64,000 bases of DNA from an uncultured delta proteobacterium (GTDB lineage: Bacteria; Desulfobacterota; Binatia; Binatales; Binataceae): NCBI GenBank assembly GCA_963794325.1, contig CAWCDG010000004.1, positions 1,248,001 through 1,312,000 of the forward strand, given 5' to 3'. The notes beneath the pieces are model-generated. The model saw nothing but the letters and a program-made list of their open reading frames with translations. It made no database searches and had not been told where the DNA came from. Within the stretch, counting starts at the first letter, position 1, and each line of letters starts with the position of its first letter. The position numbers and the translations under genes were made by a program. Below are positions 28,808 to 38,426 of the stretch, piece by piece.

Positions 28808-30124
28808 TCAGTTCACGTTGGCCTCGGGCGAGATCTCTTCGAGCTCGCGACCCGAGGTCTCCGGGAAGAACCACAGGATGGCCGGCGCGATCATCCAAAA
28901 GACGGTCAAGTAGCAGACTGATCGCGAAAGGGAGCCGGTCAGATTGTACAGCACACCTTCGAAGAAGAGACCGAGTGCGCCGCCCGTGGTTCCAGCGATC
29001 GCGAGGGCGCTCCCTGCGGTCGAGCGATAGGAGGTTGGAAACAGCTCCGCGCTATACGCGCTAAGGATCATGCTTGCGGCAAAATCGAAAAATGTCTGCA
29101 ATATCCACGCAGGCACGATTGACCATCCCGAAGCGGTGTACATCCAGATGGTCAACAACGGCGACAAGAACAGAAATGCGGTGCCCATGATGCGCCGCCC
29201 GAAACGATCGCTCATCCGGCCGGCGACAATCGAACCGACGATCCCGAGTGCGCCACCGAGGAAAAACAACGACGAGACGTTTGCGGGCGACCAATGATGC
29301 GCGTCCTGCAGGAACTTCGGGAACAGAAAGCCTGAAGCGTTGCCACCCATATTACTCAGGAATGCGATCGAGAGCATCATGGCCAAGCGTTTGGGATACG
29401 CGGTGTACAACTGCGCGAGCGGTTCCCAAATTTTCGCCGGCTTGAGTCCTTCGAGCTTTTCCTTCTCGAAGCGCGCGCTTTCCGGCAGCACGCGGCGCAG
29501 CGGTATAACGACTGCCAACGGAATGAGCGCTATCGCATACATCCCACGCCAGCCGTAGGGAATCATGTTGATAAAAGCGAACGCGATAGCGGCGAGGCCG
29601 TAGCCGATCGAAGATACGGAAGCCAGAAGGCCAATCGCCCAGCCTCGATAGGCCGCGTCGACTTCCTCCGCGACTATCACCATCGCGATCGCGGCTTCTG
29701 CACCCGCGAAAGCGCGGGCAATGATTTCGAAAACGACGAAAGTCCGCTCGTTCGGAGCGATCGCAATCAGGCCGGTAAAAATCGTGTAGCCGACAACCGT
29801 GTAGAGCAGCAGGCGGCGCCGACCGAAGACGTCGGCGAAGGGGGTCATAAGGAGAGAGAGCAGATAGCCTAGCCGGATCACAGAGAGCATCGCGCCCAGG
29901 TGCGACTCGGCTATTTTCAAACTGGACTGGATTTGCTTGAGAGCGAGACTCAACAGCGCGCGATCGTACTGGTCGAAGAATCCCGCGGTCGATGCGATCC
30001 AGAATACGCGTCGCTGCCGCCTGGTGAACGGCGGCGTTCTGCCGAGGAAGCCAAGGTGGATACTCTTGCGGTCCTCATCCACAGTCTCCGGACCGGGCTC
30101 TACGATGATTGCGGGATCGCTCAT
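28808..30124 (-). CDS. MFS transporter
   Basis: ADVFGRRR and SDRFGRR motif A; ELFPTSYRST; FFPETSGRELEEI. Confidence 0.92.
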   Translation of the reverse strand: MSDPAIIVEPGPETVDEDRKSIHLGFLGRTPPFTRRQRRVFWIASTAGFFDQYDRALLSLALKQIQSSLKIAESHLGAMLSVIRLGYLLSLLMTPFADVFGRRRLLLYTVVGYTIFTGLIAIAPNERTFVVFEIIARAFAGAEAAIAMVIVAEEVDAAYRGWAIGLLASVSSIGYGLAAIAFAFINMIPYGWRGMYAIALIPLAVVIPLRRVLPESARFEKEKLEGLKPAKIWEPLAQLYTAYPKRLAMMLSIAFLSNMGGNASGFLFPKFLQDAHHWSPANVSSLFFLGGALGIVGSIVAGRMSDRFGRRIMGTAFLFLSPLLTIWMYTASGWSIVPAWILQTFFDFAASMILSAYSAELFPTSYRSTAGSALAIAGTTGGALGLFFEGVLYNLTGSLSRSVCYLTVFWMIAPAILWFFPETSGRELEEISPEANVN

Positions 30125-30128
30125 TGGA

Positions 30129-31325
30129 TTAGTCGATTGCCATCGGCAGTGAACCGAGGCCGCGCAAAAAATACGATCCTTTGTAGGCAGGTTTCATTGC
30201 AAGATCTTTTAGTCTGAGCCGCGGAAAGCGATCGAACATCGCCTCGAACGCGAGTAGCGCTTCCATCCGCGCGAGCGGCGCGCCGATGCAGAAATGGATT
30301 CCCTCGCCGAACGCGATATGTTCATTGGGATCGCGCGTGATGTCGAAACTTTCGGGATTCTTGAATTGCGCGGGGTCGCGATCCGCCGCGGCGACGATCA
30401 TCATCGCGAAGGCGCCCGCGGGAATCTCGCTTCCGCCGAGCTGTACCGGCTGTTTGGTGAATCGCACCGTCGATTGCACGGGGCCGTCGTAACGCAGCAT
30501 TTCTTCGATCGCGCGCGGCAGCATCGCAGGGTCGCGCTTGAGTGCCTCGAACTGATCGGGATGACGCCCGAGCGCGAGCGTGCCGTTGCCGATCAGATTC
30601 GTCGTCGTTTCGTTGCCCGCAACCAGCAGCAGCGTCACGAAGCTGAGCAGATCCGCCGCCGACATCACCTCGCCTTCGTCATGCGCGGCGACGAGAGCAC
30701 TGACCAGGTCGGGTCCGGGATTCGAGCGGCGCTTTTCGATCTCGGCGGTGAAGTAGTCGCCTAGTTCGTCGATCGCGCGGATGGTGGCAGGCGGTTGTGG
30801 AGAACCGGGAACATTGTTGTCGCCGCCGATAATCGTGTCGGACCAATGCTTGAACTTCGCGTTCAACTCCGGCGGCACGCCGAGCATCTCCGCGATCACC
30901 GTGACCGGCAGCACGTTGGCGAGATCCGCCATCACATCGAAGGAGCCTTTCGCTTCGACCTTATCGAGCAGCTCCTTTGCGATCTCGCGGATGCGCGGCT
31001 CGAGCTCGCGGATTCGGCGCGGCGTGAAGTCGCGGGACACCAGCCGTCGCAGTCGCGAATGTTGCGGCGGATCGGAACCCAGCATATTGCGCGAGCCCGC
31101 GAAGCGGCCCTGATAGGCCTGAGGCGGTGGCGGCGGCCCCACGCTCGAGAAATGCTCATGGTCGCGAAGAGCGGCGGTGACGTCGGCGTAGCGCGCCACC
31201 AGCGCGAAGGTCATTGGGCCCATATTTAGGATAGGCGGCGGACCGGCCAGCAGCGGAGCGTAGTGCGGATATGGATTGGCCCGAAATTCGGGATCCCAAA
31301 TGTTGAAATAAACTTCCGCTGCCAT
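30129..31325 (-). CDS. Cytochrome P450 (paralogue 3)
   Basis: AGNETT I-helix, EMLR, FGEGIHFCIGAPLAR. Confidence 0.96.
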   Translation of the reverse strand: MAAEVYFNIWDPEFRANPYPHYAPLLAGPPPILNMGPMTFALVARYADVTAALRDHEHFSSVGPPPPPQAYQGRFAGSRNMLGSDPPQHSRLRRLVSRDFTPRRIRELEPRIREIAKELLDKVEAKGSFDVMADLANVLPVTVIAEMLGVPPELNAKFKHWSDTIIGGDNNVPGSPQPPATIRAIDELGDYFTAEIEKRRSNPGPDLVSALVAAHDEGEVMSAADLLSFVTLLLVAGNETTTNLIGNGTLALGRHPDQFEALKRDPAMLPRAIEEMLRYDGPVQSTVRFTKQPVQLGGSEIPAGAFAMMIVAAADRDPAQFKNPESFDITRDPNEHIAFGEGIHFCIGAPLARMEALLAFEAMFDRFPRLRLKDLAMKPAYKGSYFLRGLGSLPMAID

Positions 31326-31337
31326 GAATGCTCCCGC

Positions 31338-32543
31338 TTAGTCAGTCGCCATTGTGAGAGACGCCAATCCGCGAAGGAAGTAGGAACCTTTGTAGGTCAC
31401 CGGCGCGGCGGCGTCCTTCAGACGCAGGCGTGGAAAACGCTCGAGCATCGCGGCGATCGCGATCGCACCTTCTATCCGGGCCAGCGGCGCGCCGATACAA
31501 AAGTGGATGCCCTCGCCGAGCGCGACGTGATCGCGAGGCGGGCGCGTGATGTCGAAGCGATCGGGATCTTCGAACTGCGCGGGGTCGCGATTCGCGGCGG
31601 CCAGAATTATGAAGCATCCGTGATTGGCCGGGATATCAGTCCCGCCCAGATTTACGTCTTCCCTGGTGAAACGAATCGTGGATTGCACCGGTCCGTCGAA
31701 GCGCAGGATCTCTTCGATCGCGCGCGGCATCAGTTCAGGAGTGTCGCGAAGCAGATTCATCTGTGCCGGGTTGCGGCCGAGCGCGAGCATCCCGTTGCCG
31801 ATCAGATTGGTGGTGGTTTCGTTGCCGGCCAGCAGCAGGAGCAGCACGAAGGCGAGCAATTCGTCGGCGTTCATCGCCTCGGCGTCGTCGTGGGCGGCGA
31901 CCAGCGCGCTAATCAGGTCAGGGCCGGGAGTTTTGCGGCGCCGCTCGATCTCGTCGGCGAAATAGGTCCGCAGCGCATTTTTGGCGGTATGAAATTCCTC
32001 GGGCAGCGGAGTCCCGGGGAGTGTGTTGTCGCCTGAGACGACGGTGTCGGACCAATGCTTGAACTGCTGGTAGTGATCGGGCGGCACGCCGAGCATCTCC
32101 GCGATAACCATGACCGGCAGCGCATTCGCAATCCCGTGCATCACCTCGAGTTCGCCCTTGTGTTGCGCGGCATCGATGAGATTTTTGGCGATCTCGCGGA
32201 TGCGCGGCTCGAGGTCGCGGATTCGCCGCGGCGTGAAATCCCGCGAGACCAGGCGGCGCAGGCGAGTGTGCAGCGGAGGATCGGAGAACAGCATCGTACG
32301 CGCGCCGGCAAACGGGCCCTCGTCGTTAGGCTCGTTGGGATCGCGCGGGCGCACACTCGAGAAGTGCGCATGGTCGCGCAGCACGGCGGTGACGTCGGCA
32401 TAGCGAGTCACCATCGCAACTGGTCCGAACAGATCGAGAATGCGTGGCGGAGCAGCGAGCAGGGGCTTGTAGTGAGGATACGGATTGGCGCGAAACGCGG
32501 GGTCCCAAGGGTTGAAGTAGATGTTCTCTGCGGCCTGGTTCAT
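31338..32543 (-). CDS. Cytochrome P450 (paralogue 2)
   Basis: AGNETT, EILR, LGEGIHFCIGAPLAR. Confidence 0.96.
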   Translation of the reverse strand: MNQAAENIYFNPWDPAFRANPYPHYKPLLAAPPRILDLFGPVAMVTRYADVTAVLRDHAHFSSVRPRDPNEPNDEGPFAGARTMLFSDPPLHTRLRRLVSRDFTPRRIRDLEPRIREIAKNLIDAAQHKGELEVMHGIANALPVMVIAEMLGVPPDHYQQFKHWSDTVVSGDNTLPGTPLPEEFHTAKNALRTYFADEIERRRKTPGPDLISALVAAHDDAEAMNADELLAFVLLLLLAGNETTTNLIGNGMLALGRNPAQMNLLRDTPELMPRAIEEILRFDGPVQSTIRFTREDVNLGGTDIPANHGCFIILAAANRDPAQFEDPDRFDITRPPRDHVALGEGIHFCIGAPLARIEGAIAIAAMLERFPRLRLKDAAAPVTYKGSYFLRGLASLTMATD

Positions 32544-32651
32544 GTTCAAACTTCCTTTTGGTGGATTTCAGTTTTCCGCCGCATCGCCGACACTGCACCG
32601 CTGTGCCGACGGGCAGTTAGGAGCAATCGCGATGCCATCGTTGGCTGCTAA

Positions 32652-32665
32652 ACAATCACGCGTGT
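32652..32665. promoter_or_regulatory. Putative TetR operator upstream of P450 paralogue 2
   Basis: Reverse complement ACACGCGTGATTGT matches ACAGGCGTGATTGT upstream of tetR at 13 of 14 positions. Confidence 0.6.
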
Positions 32666-32714
32666 TTTCATCCTGCGGACATGCATCAATTCGACTGCGC
32701 GCAGTATTGCGACG

Positions 32715-33935
32715 TCACTTCAGCGCCATTTCGAGACGGCTCAGCCCGCGCAGGAAGTACGAGCCTTTGTAGGTCACCGGCGCGTCGGGATTTTTCAGCC
32801 GGAGACGTGGGAATCGCTCGAGGGCACTGCCAATAGCGATCGACCCTTCCATCCGGGCCAGCGGAGCGCCGATACAGAAATGGATTCCGTCGCCGAACGC
32901 GAAATGTTCGTTCGATTCGCGCGTGATATCGAACTTTTCGGGGTCCTTGAATTGCGCCGGATCCCGATTCGCCGCTGCGATGATCACGAATGCGCCCATG
33001 CCGGCAGTAATCGGCGTCCCGCCAATCGCGGTATCCTTCGTTGCCGTACGGAATGTGGCTTGCACCGGCCCGTCGTAACGCAGCATCTCCTCGATCGCAC
33101 CGCGCATCAGATCTGACTTCGAGCGCAGCGCCGCCATCGACTGTGGATTGCGTCCCAACGCGAGCATCCCGTTGCCGATCAGATTGGTCGTCGTCTCGTT
33201 GCCGGCGAGCAGCAACAGCATGAGGAATTGCATCAACTCGTCAGCGCTCAGCGCTTCGGCCTCATCGTGGGCGGCGACCAGAGCGCTCACCAGATCAGTG
33301 CCGGGGTTCTTGCGGCGGCGGACAATCTCGTCGGCGAAGTACGCCTTCAATTCAGTGAACGCGCGTTTGATTTCGTCGGGAATCGGCATCCCGGGCAGAG
33401 TGTTGTCGGCCTCGATTACCTTGTCGGACCAATTCTTGAATTGCTGGTATTCCTCGGGCGGCACGCCGAGCAAGTCGCTGATCACCATGACGGGCAGCGG
33501 ATTGGCGAGATCCGCCATCACGTCGAATTCACCCTTGCGCTCAGCGGCGTCGATGAGATTTTTCGCGATTTCGCGGATGCGCGGTTCCAGATCGCGGATT
33601 CGTCGTGGAGTGAAGTCGCGCGAGACCAGCCGGCGCAGCCGTGTTTGGGTCGGCGGATCGGAGGCGAGCATCGTTGGCGCATCGCCGAATGCCTTCGCCT
33701 GCTCGTCGAATAAAATTCCAGGAGGCGGCACGCTCGAAAATGTGCCGTGGTCCATCAGGATCGCGCGCACATCGGCGTAGCGCGCGGCCAGCGCGAATTT
33801 GAAACCCATGTCTATAATTCGCGGCGGTCCCGCTAGCAGGGGGCGATAATGCGGGTACGGGTTGGCGCGGAAGTTTTCGTCCCACGGATTGAAGTAGAAG
33901 TCCTGCGATGCCTGAGTCTCAATCGCTTCACTCAT
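32715..33935 (-). CDS. Cytochrome P450 (paralogue 1)
   Basis: AGNETT, EMLR, FGDGIHFCIGAPLAR. Confidence 0.96.
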   Translation of the reverse strand: MSEAIETQASQDFYFNPWDENFRANPYPHYRPLLAGPPRIIDMGFKFALAARYADVRAILMDHGTFSSVPPPGILFDEQAKAFGDAPTMLASDPPTQTRLRRLVSRDFTPRRIRDLEPRIREIAKNLIDAAERKGEFDVMADLANPLPVMVISDLLGVPPEEYQQFKNWSDKVIEADNTLPGMPIPDEIKRAFTELKAYFADEIVRRRKNPGTDLVSALVAAHDEAEALSADELMQFLMLLLLAGNETTTNLIGNGMLALGRNPQSMAALRSKSDLMRGAIEEMLRYDGPVQATFRTATKDTAIGGTPITAGMGAFVIIAAANRDPAQFKDPEKFDITRESNEHFAFGDGIHFCIGAPLARMEGSIAIGSALERFPRLRLKNPDAPVTYKGSYFLRGLSRLEMALK

Positions 33936-33941
33936 TGCACT

Positions 33942-34580
33942 TCACCTTCCGTTTCTCGATTCGTTTAAATCCAGTTCGCGCGCGATCGACGCGCAGAGCC
34001 GTTTGGTTGTCTCCAAGGCACGCACGAACTCGGGTGGATCGATTTCGCCTTCGGATAGCACCCGCTCGAGCGCCAACGATTCGAGTTGCCCGAACACGAC
34101 TCCCATCAGGTCCTGGAGTTTGTCTTCGCGACCCGCCGGCCAATCGAGTATCGCTCTGAGGCCCACTTTAAAGCCCTGGGCGAAACGATCGCCCGCCGCG
34201 CGCACCGCTTCGTTGAGTGCGGGATCAGTGCGGCTGGCGACGACCAGCTCGAGCCAGGCGTAGAAGGTCGGACCTTTGAACATCGGCCACATCGCATCGA
34301 TCAGCATCGCGATCCGGTCCTCGCGGTTGCCGGGCGGAGGCTCCGCGATCGCGGCGCTCATTTCGGTGAGCCGCAACTCGAACACGTGCTCGAGGGCGCT
34401 CACGACGAGCTCGTCCTTTTTAGGGAAATGGTGCAACTGCGCACCGCGCGAGACTCCCGCGCGGCTGGCTATTTCGGTGGTCGTGGTGCCGGCGTATCCG
34501 CGATCGAAAAGGCAGGCGACGGTGGCATCGAGCAACCGGCGTCGAGTTTCGGCGCTTCGCTCTTCTTGTAGTGCGGACAT
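33942..34580 (-). CDS. TetR family transcriptional regulator
   Basis: TRRRLLDAT...GYAGTTTTEIASRAGVSRGAQLHHFPKK HTH. Confidence 0.93.
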   Translation of the reverse strand: MSALQEERSAETRRRLLDATVACLFDRGYAGTTTTEIASRAGVSRGAQLHHFPKKDELVVSALEHVFELRLTEMSAAIAEPPPGNREDRIAMLIDAMWPMFKGPTFYAWLELVVASRTDPALNEAVRAAGDRFAQGFKVGLRAILDWPAGREDKLQDLMGVVFGQLESLALERVLSEGEIDPPEFVRALETTKRLCASIARELDLNESRNGR

Positions 34581-34597
34581 TTCTGCCAGTTGAACAT

Positions 34598-34630
34598 ACA
34601 GGCGTGATTGTGACAAGCAGGCGTGACTGT
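34598..34630. promoter_or_regulatory. Tandem putative TetR operators
   Basis: ACAGGCGTGATTGT (34598-34611) and GCAGGCGTGACTGT (34617-34630) just upstream of tetR. Confidence 0.6.
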
Positions 34631-34662
34631 TTCCTCATGGCGGGTTGTTGATCATGCCCGAA

Positions 34663-34705
34663 AACCTAACCCCTAACCCCTTCCCATAGTGGGAAGGGGG
34701 ACCGG
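34663..34705 (+). repeat. REP-like family A hairpin
   Basis: AACCTAACCCCTAACCCCTTCCCATAGTGGGAAGGGGGACCGG. Confidence 0.85.
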
Positions 34706-34751
34706 AGAGAGGAGTGCGGCGGATACGCCGAGCCTTAGGCCGACGACGGAG

Positions 34752-35552
34752 TTAGCGGCCTTTGAAAACCGGGCGGCGCTTTTCCAGGAATGCGCGGACG
34801 CCTTCGCGATAATCCTCGCTGTCGAAGCATTGCGCGACCATCGCGGAGACGGCTTTCGCGTTGCGCTCTTCGCGATCTTTCAGACTCTCGCGAATCGCTA
34901 GCTTGGCGGCGGCCATCGTCAGGGGCGCGTTGGTGGCCATCTTGAGCACGTAGTCGCGGACGTTCTCCTCGAGCTTTTCGGGATCCACCACTCGGTTGAT
35001 GAGGCCCATGTGCAGCGCCTCCTCCGCGTCGAACAGGCGCGCGGAGAGCAAGATGTCGCGCGCGTTGGCGGGGCCGACGGTATGCGCGAGCATGTTGACG
35101 CCCTCAAGCGGATACGCGAGTCCCAGCCGCGCGGCGGGAACGCCGAAGCGGGTGCCGCGGGCGGCGATGCGGATATCGCATGCGAGTGCGACCTGCACGC
35201 CGCCGCCGATGCATACGCCGGAAATCATCGCGACGATAGGCTTGCGGCATTCGACCATCGAGGCAATCGCGTTGTTGGGCGCGTCGCGATAAGCGCGTGC
35301 CTGCGCCGCATCGGCGCGCATCGCGGGAAACTCCGAAATGTCGGCGCCCGCAATGAACGCCTCGGGCGTGCCGCCGCGCATGACGATCACGCGAATCGTG
35401 TCGTCGCTGGCCAGCTCGGCGACACCTTCCGCAATCCGATTCCAGGTCTTAAGATTGAGCGCGTTGCGGACTTGCGGCCGGTTGAGCACCAGCCATCCAA
35501 TCGGCGCCTCGTGAGTGACTATCAACGGATCGGCTGAAGTTTCATCTTTCAC
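34752..35552 (-). CDS. Enoyl-CoA hydratase/isomerase family protein
   Basis: LNRPQVRNAL, AFIAGADISEF, CIGGG, DYREGVRAFLEKR. Confidence 0.92.
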   Translation of the reverse strand: MKDETSADPLIVTHEAPIGWLVLNRPQVRNALNLKTWNRIAEGVAELASDDTIRVIVMRGGTPEAFIAGADISEFPAMRADAAQARAYRDAPNNAIASMVECRKPIVAMISGVCIGGGVQVALACDIRIAARGTRFGVPAARLGLAYPLEGVNMLAHTVGPANARDILLSARLFDAEEALHMGLINRVVDPEKLEENVRDYVLKMATNAPLTMAAAKLAIRESLKDREERNAKAVSAMVAQCFDSEDYREGVRAFLEKRRPVFKGR

Positions 35553-35577
35553 GGCTGGCGGACCTCTGACGAGACTT

Positions 35578-36015
35578 ATGACGATAATTGAGCGGGCTTC
35601 CAGTGGCGATTTTGAGCATATTTGTGCGCTGGACGAAACTGTTCACGGAGCGCCTGCCAGGCGCAGATTGATCGAGACGGCTTGCGAGAGTGGCCATGTC
35701 TCCGTGGCGCGCGTCGAGGACGTAGTCCGCGGCTTCGTGATCGCGGACGAGAGTTTCTTCGGTCAATGTTACGTGCGGCTGCTGATGGTGCATCCGGAGT
35801 TTCGGCGTCGCGGACTGGCGACCGCGTTGATGCGTGCGGCGGAGCTCGGTTGTCAGGCGGGCAAGCTGTTCACCTCGACCAACCAGTCGAACATTCCGAT
35901 GCAGCGGCTGTGCGAGCGATTGGGGTTCGTCAAGAGCGGATACATCGAGAATCTGGATGAGGAGGATCCGGAATTGATCTATGTGAAGATGCTGGTGCCG
36001 GTTCCAGGAACCTAA
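35578..36015 (+). CDS. GNAT N-acetyltransferase
   Basis: VHPEFRRRGLATALM acetyl-CoA motif; N..MQRL.ERLGF. Confidence 0.88.
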   Translation: MTIIERASSGDFEHICALDETVHGAPARRRLIETACESGHVSVARVEDVVRGFVIADESFFGQCYVRLLMVHPEFRRRGLATALMRAAELGCQAGKLFTSTNQSNIPMQRLCERLGFVKSGYIENLDEEDPELIYVKMLVPVPGT

Positions 36016-36050
36016 CCCCTAACCCCTTCCCTCGAGGGAAGGGGAACCGG
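36009..36050 (+). repeat. REP-like family A hairpin, overlapping the GNAT stop codon
   Basis: AACCTAACCCCTAACCCCTTCCCTCGAGGGAAGGGGAACCGG. Confidence 0.85.
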
Positions 36051-36063
36051 ATTTATATTCCTT

Positions 36064-36930
36064 CTATATCTTAGCGAGTACCTCGTCGCGTAGTTTTTCC
36101 AGGCCGCGGGTGAGACCTTCGGCGTCGAAGGCCGGCGGCGCGATCACTACTCGCGAGACGCCTATCGCTTCGAGCGCCTTCAACTCTTCGACGCGTGGAC
36201 GGCCCATGCATGACAGCTCGATCTTTTTCGGGTCGCGGCCGGCTTTCTCGGCCTCCGACGTCATCAGCGCGAATAGTTCCTTGAGCTTGGGGATTTCCCC
36301 GATCGCCGGGAAGAAGCCGTCGCCGTAGCGGCCCGCCCGTTTCGCTGCGGCAGGAGAATGGCCGCCGACGTGAATCGGGACGCCGCCTTTTTGCACCGGC
36401 TTCGGATAGCACTTGACCGGGCCGAAGTTGAAATGTTTGCCGTGGAACGATGCGGCGTCCTCGCTCCACAACGCGCGCATCGCTTTGATCGCCTCGTCGG
36501 TGCGTGCGCCGCGGGTGTGGAAATCGAGGCCCAGCGAGGTGAACTCTTCCTCGAGCCATCCGCTGCCGATTCCGAGGATCGCGCGGCCGTTGGAGAGCAC
36601 GTCGAGCGTGGCCATTTCTTTGGCGACGTACAGTGGATGCCGCTGCGGAAGAATCAGCACTCCGGTCGCGAGCTTGATTTTTTTCGTCACGGCAGCGGCG
36701 AAGGCGAGCGGCAGCAGCGGATCGGGAATCGCGACGTCCTCGCCGCCGGGGATTTTTCCAGTGGAGGAATACGGATACGGCGATTTGTAGTCCTGCGGGA
36801 TTACGACGTGCTCGACGGTCCACATCGACTCGATGCCGCATCGCTCGGCGGTGGTCGCCAGATGGGTCAGCAGGGTGGGATTACCGAAGGGTCCGGAGTT
36901 TACGAACATCAGTCCTAGTTTCATTTTCAA
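36064..36930 (-). CDS. LLM-class (probably F420-dependent) oxidoreductase
   Basis: WTVEHVVIP, DPL..LAFAAA.T..IKLATGVLILPQR, GIGSGWLEEEF, IHVGGHS. Confidence 0.9.
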   Translation of the reverse strand: MKMKLGLMFVNSGPFGNPTLLTHLATTAERCGIESMWTVEHVVIPQDYKSPYPYSSTGKIPGGEDVAIPDPLLPLAFAAAVTKKIKLATGVLILPQRHPLYVAKEMATLDVLSNGRAILGIGSGWLEEEFTSLGLDFHTRGARTDEAIKAMRALWSEDAASFHGKHFNFGPVKCYPKPVQKGGVPIHVGGHSPAAAKRAGRYGDGFFPAIGEIPKLKELFALMTSEAEKAGRDPKKIELSCMGRPRVEELKALEAIGVSRVVIAPPAFDAEGLTRGLEKLRDEVLAKI

Positions 36931-37019
36931 CTACCTCGTTTCGCGATGAAACAGGATCTACTATCTTCTCAAAAAAAGTTCTAACAGGGACGAAGTCCCG
37001 CATCTTCTCCCAATATTGG

Positions 37020-37074
37020 GTGCAGGGGTCACCCCTGCTGAAGGAAGCGTGAAACCCACCGCGGGTTTCACATT
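37020..37074 (-). repeat. Double-hairpin repeat, family B
   Basis: Reverse complement nearly identical to 8651-8705. Confidence 0.85.
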
Positions 37075-37135
37075 CAATCAAGTTCCACTTGCTTCGCGCT
37101 TGTTCAAATTCCGCCAGCGAGTTACTTGTTGAGGC

Positions 37136-38011
37136 ATGGATATTGGAAAAGTTGGGATATGGTTCTTCCTCGACGCGATGACTGCGCCGGACAGCGCCGA
37201 GTTCGCCAAGCAGGTCGAGAAGAATGGCTACAAGGTGCTCTGGATCCCCGAGGCGGTCGGACGCGAGCCGTTTGCGCATGCCGCGTACCTGTTGAGTCAT
37301 ACCGATCGGCTGTCGATCGCGACCGGTATCGCGAACATCTGGGCGCGTGACGCGATCACGATGGCGGCGGCGTCGAAGACGGTCGCCGAACTTTCCGGCA
37401 ACCGCTTTCTGCTTGGCATCGGCGTCAGTCACAAGCCTCTTGTCAGCAACCTGCGCGGGCATAACTACGACAAGCCGTACAGCTTCATGAAGGAGTATCT
37501 GCCGAAGATGAAGGGCGCGTTGTACATGGCGCCGCCGCCCAAGGAACCGGTGCCGGTGGTGCTGGCCGCGTTGCATCCGAAGATGCTCGCGCTGTCGGCG
37601 TCCGAGGCGAACGGCACGCATACCTACTTCGTGCCGCCTGAGCATACGGCGAAGGCGCGCGCGCAAATCGGACCGAATGCGATGCTATGCGCGGCGCAGG
37701 CCGTGATCCTCGAGACTGACGCCACCAAGGCGCGCAAAGCGGCGCGCGATTATATGAAGACCTACGTTCCGCGCCTGCCCAACTACACCAACAATCTGAA
37801 GGCGCTCGGATGGGCTGACAGCGAATTCGAAAACGGATGCTCCGATCGGCTGGTGGACGCGATCGTGGCATGGGGCAATGAGGAGAAGATTCGCGATCGT
37901 ATCGACGCGCACTTGAAGGCGGGCGCCTCTCACGTATGTATCCTCCCGCTGCGTGCCGACGGCACGCCACAGCCTGACATGCGCACAGTGCAGGCGTTCG
38001 CACAGCGTTAG
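37136..38011 (+). CDS. LLM-class (probably F420-dependent) oxidoreductase
   Basis: LWIPEAVGREPF, IATGIANIWARD, RFLLGIGVSH, LAAL.PKML. Confidence 0.9.
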   Translation: MDIGKVGIWFFLDAMTAPDSAEFAKQVEKNGYKVLWIPEAVGREPFAHAAYLLSHTDRLSIATGIANIWARDAITMAAASKTVAELSGNRFLLGIGVSHKPLVSNLRGHNYDKPYSFMKEYLPKMKGALYMAPPPKEPVPVVLAALHPKMLALSASEANGTHTYFVPPEHTAKARAQIGPNAMLCAAQAVILETDATKARKAARDYMKTYVPRLPNYTNNLKALGWADSEFENGCSDRLVDAIVAWGNEEKIRDRIDAHLKAGASHVCILPLRADGTPQPDMRTVQAFAQR

Positions 38012-38410
38012 ATGGATTCGATGCGCCAATTTTTTTCAGCGTTGCCGATAATGGTTCTCGCGATCGCGATCGCGGGATGCGGCAACGAGCAACAGGCCGA
38101 GCAGGCCGAGGCTTCTGCCGCCAAGGCTCAGGCTGCAGCGCAGCACGCCGAACAAGCCGCGGCGCAGGCGCAGGCCGCGGCGGACAAAGCGACCGAGGCT
38201 GCGAATCGTGCGACCAAAGCAGTCGAGGAGGCGACCGTCGAGATCAACCGCGTCTCTGATCATCTCGAGCAGATGTCGCGGGATCGCGAGGCCGCGACGC
38301 ATGGACGCCGGCTCTCGCACGTGAAGAACGCACACAGGAAAGCCGCAGCCAATAAAGCGGCGGTCGCGGCGGGATCGCCCGCGGCGGCGTCGTCGCCGTC
38401 GGCGAAATAG
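38012..38410 (+). CDS. Alanine-zipper coiled-coil lipoprotein
   Basis: IAGC lipobox followed by Ala/Gln-rich heptads. Confidence 0.65.
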   Translation: MDSMRQFFSALPIMVLAIAIAGCGNEQQAEQAEASAAKAQAAAQHAEQAAAQAQAAADKATEAANRATKAVEEATVEINRVSDHLEQMSRDREAATHGRRLSHVKNAHRKAAANKAAVAAGSPAAASSPSAK

Positions 38411-38426
38411 CGCGCCTCGAGACGCG

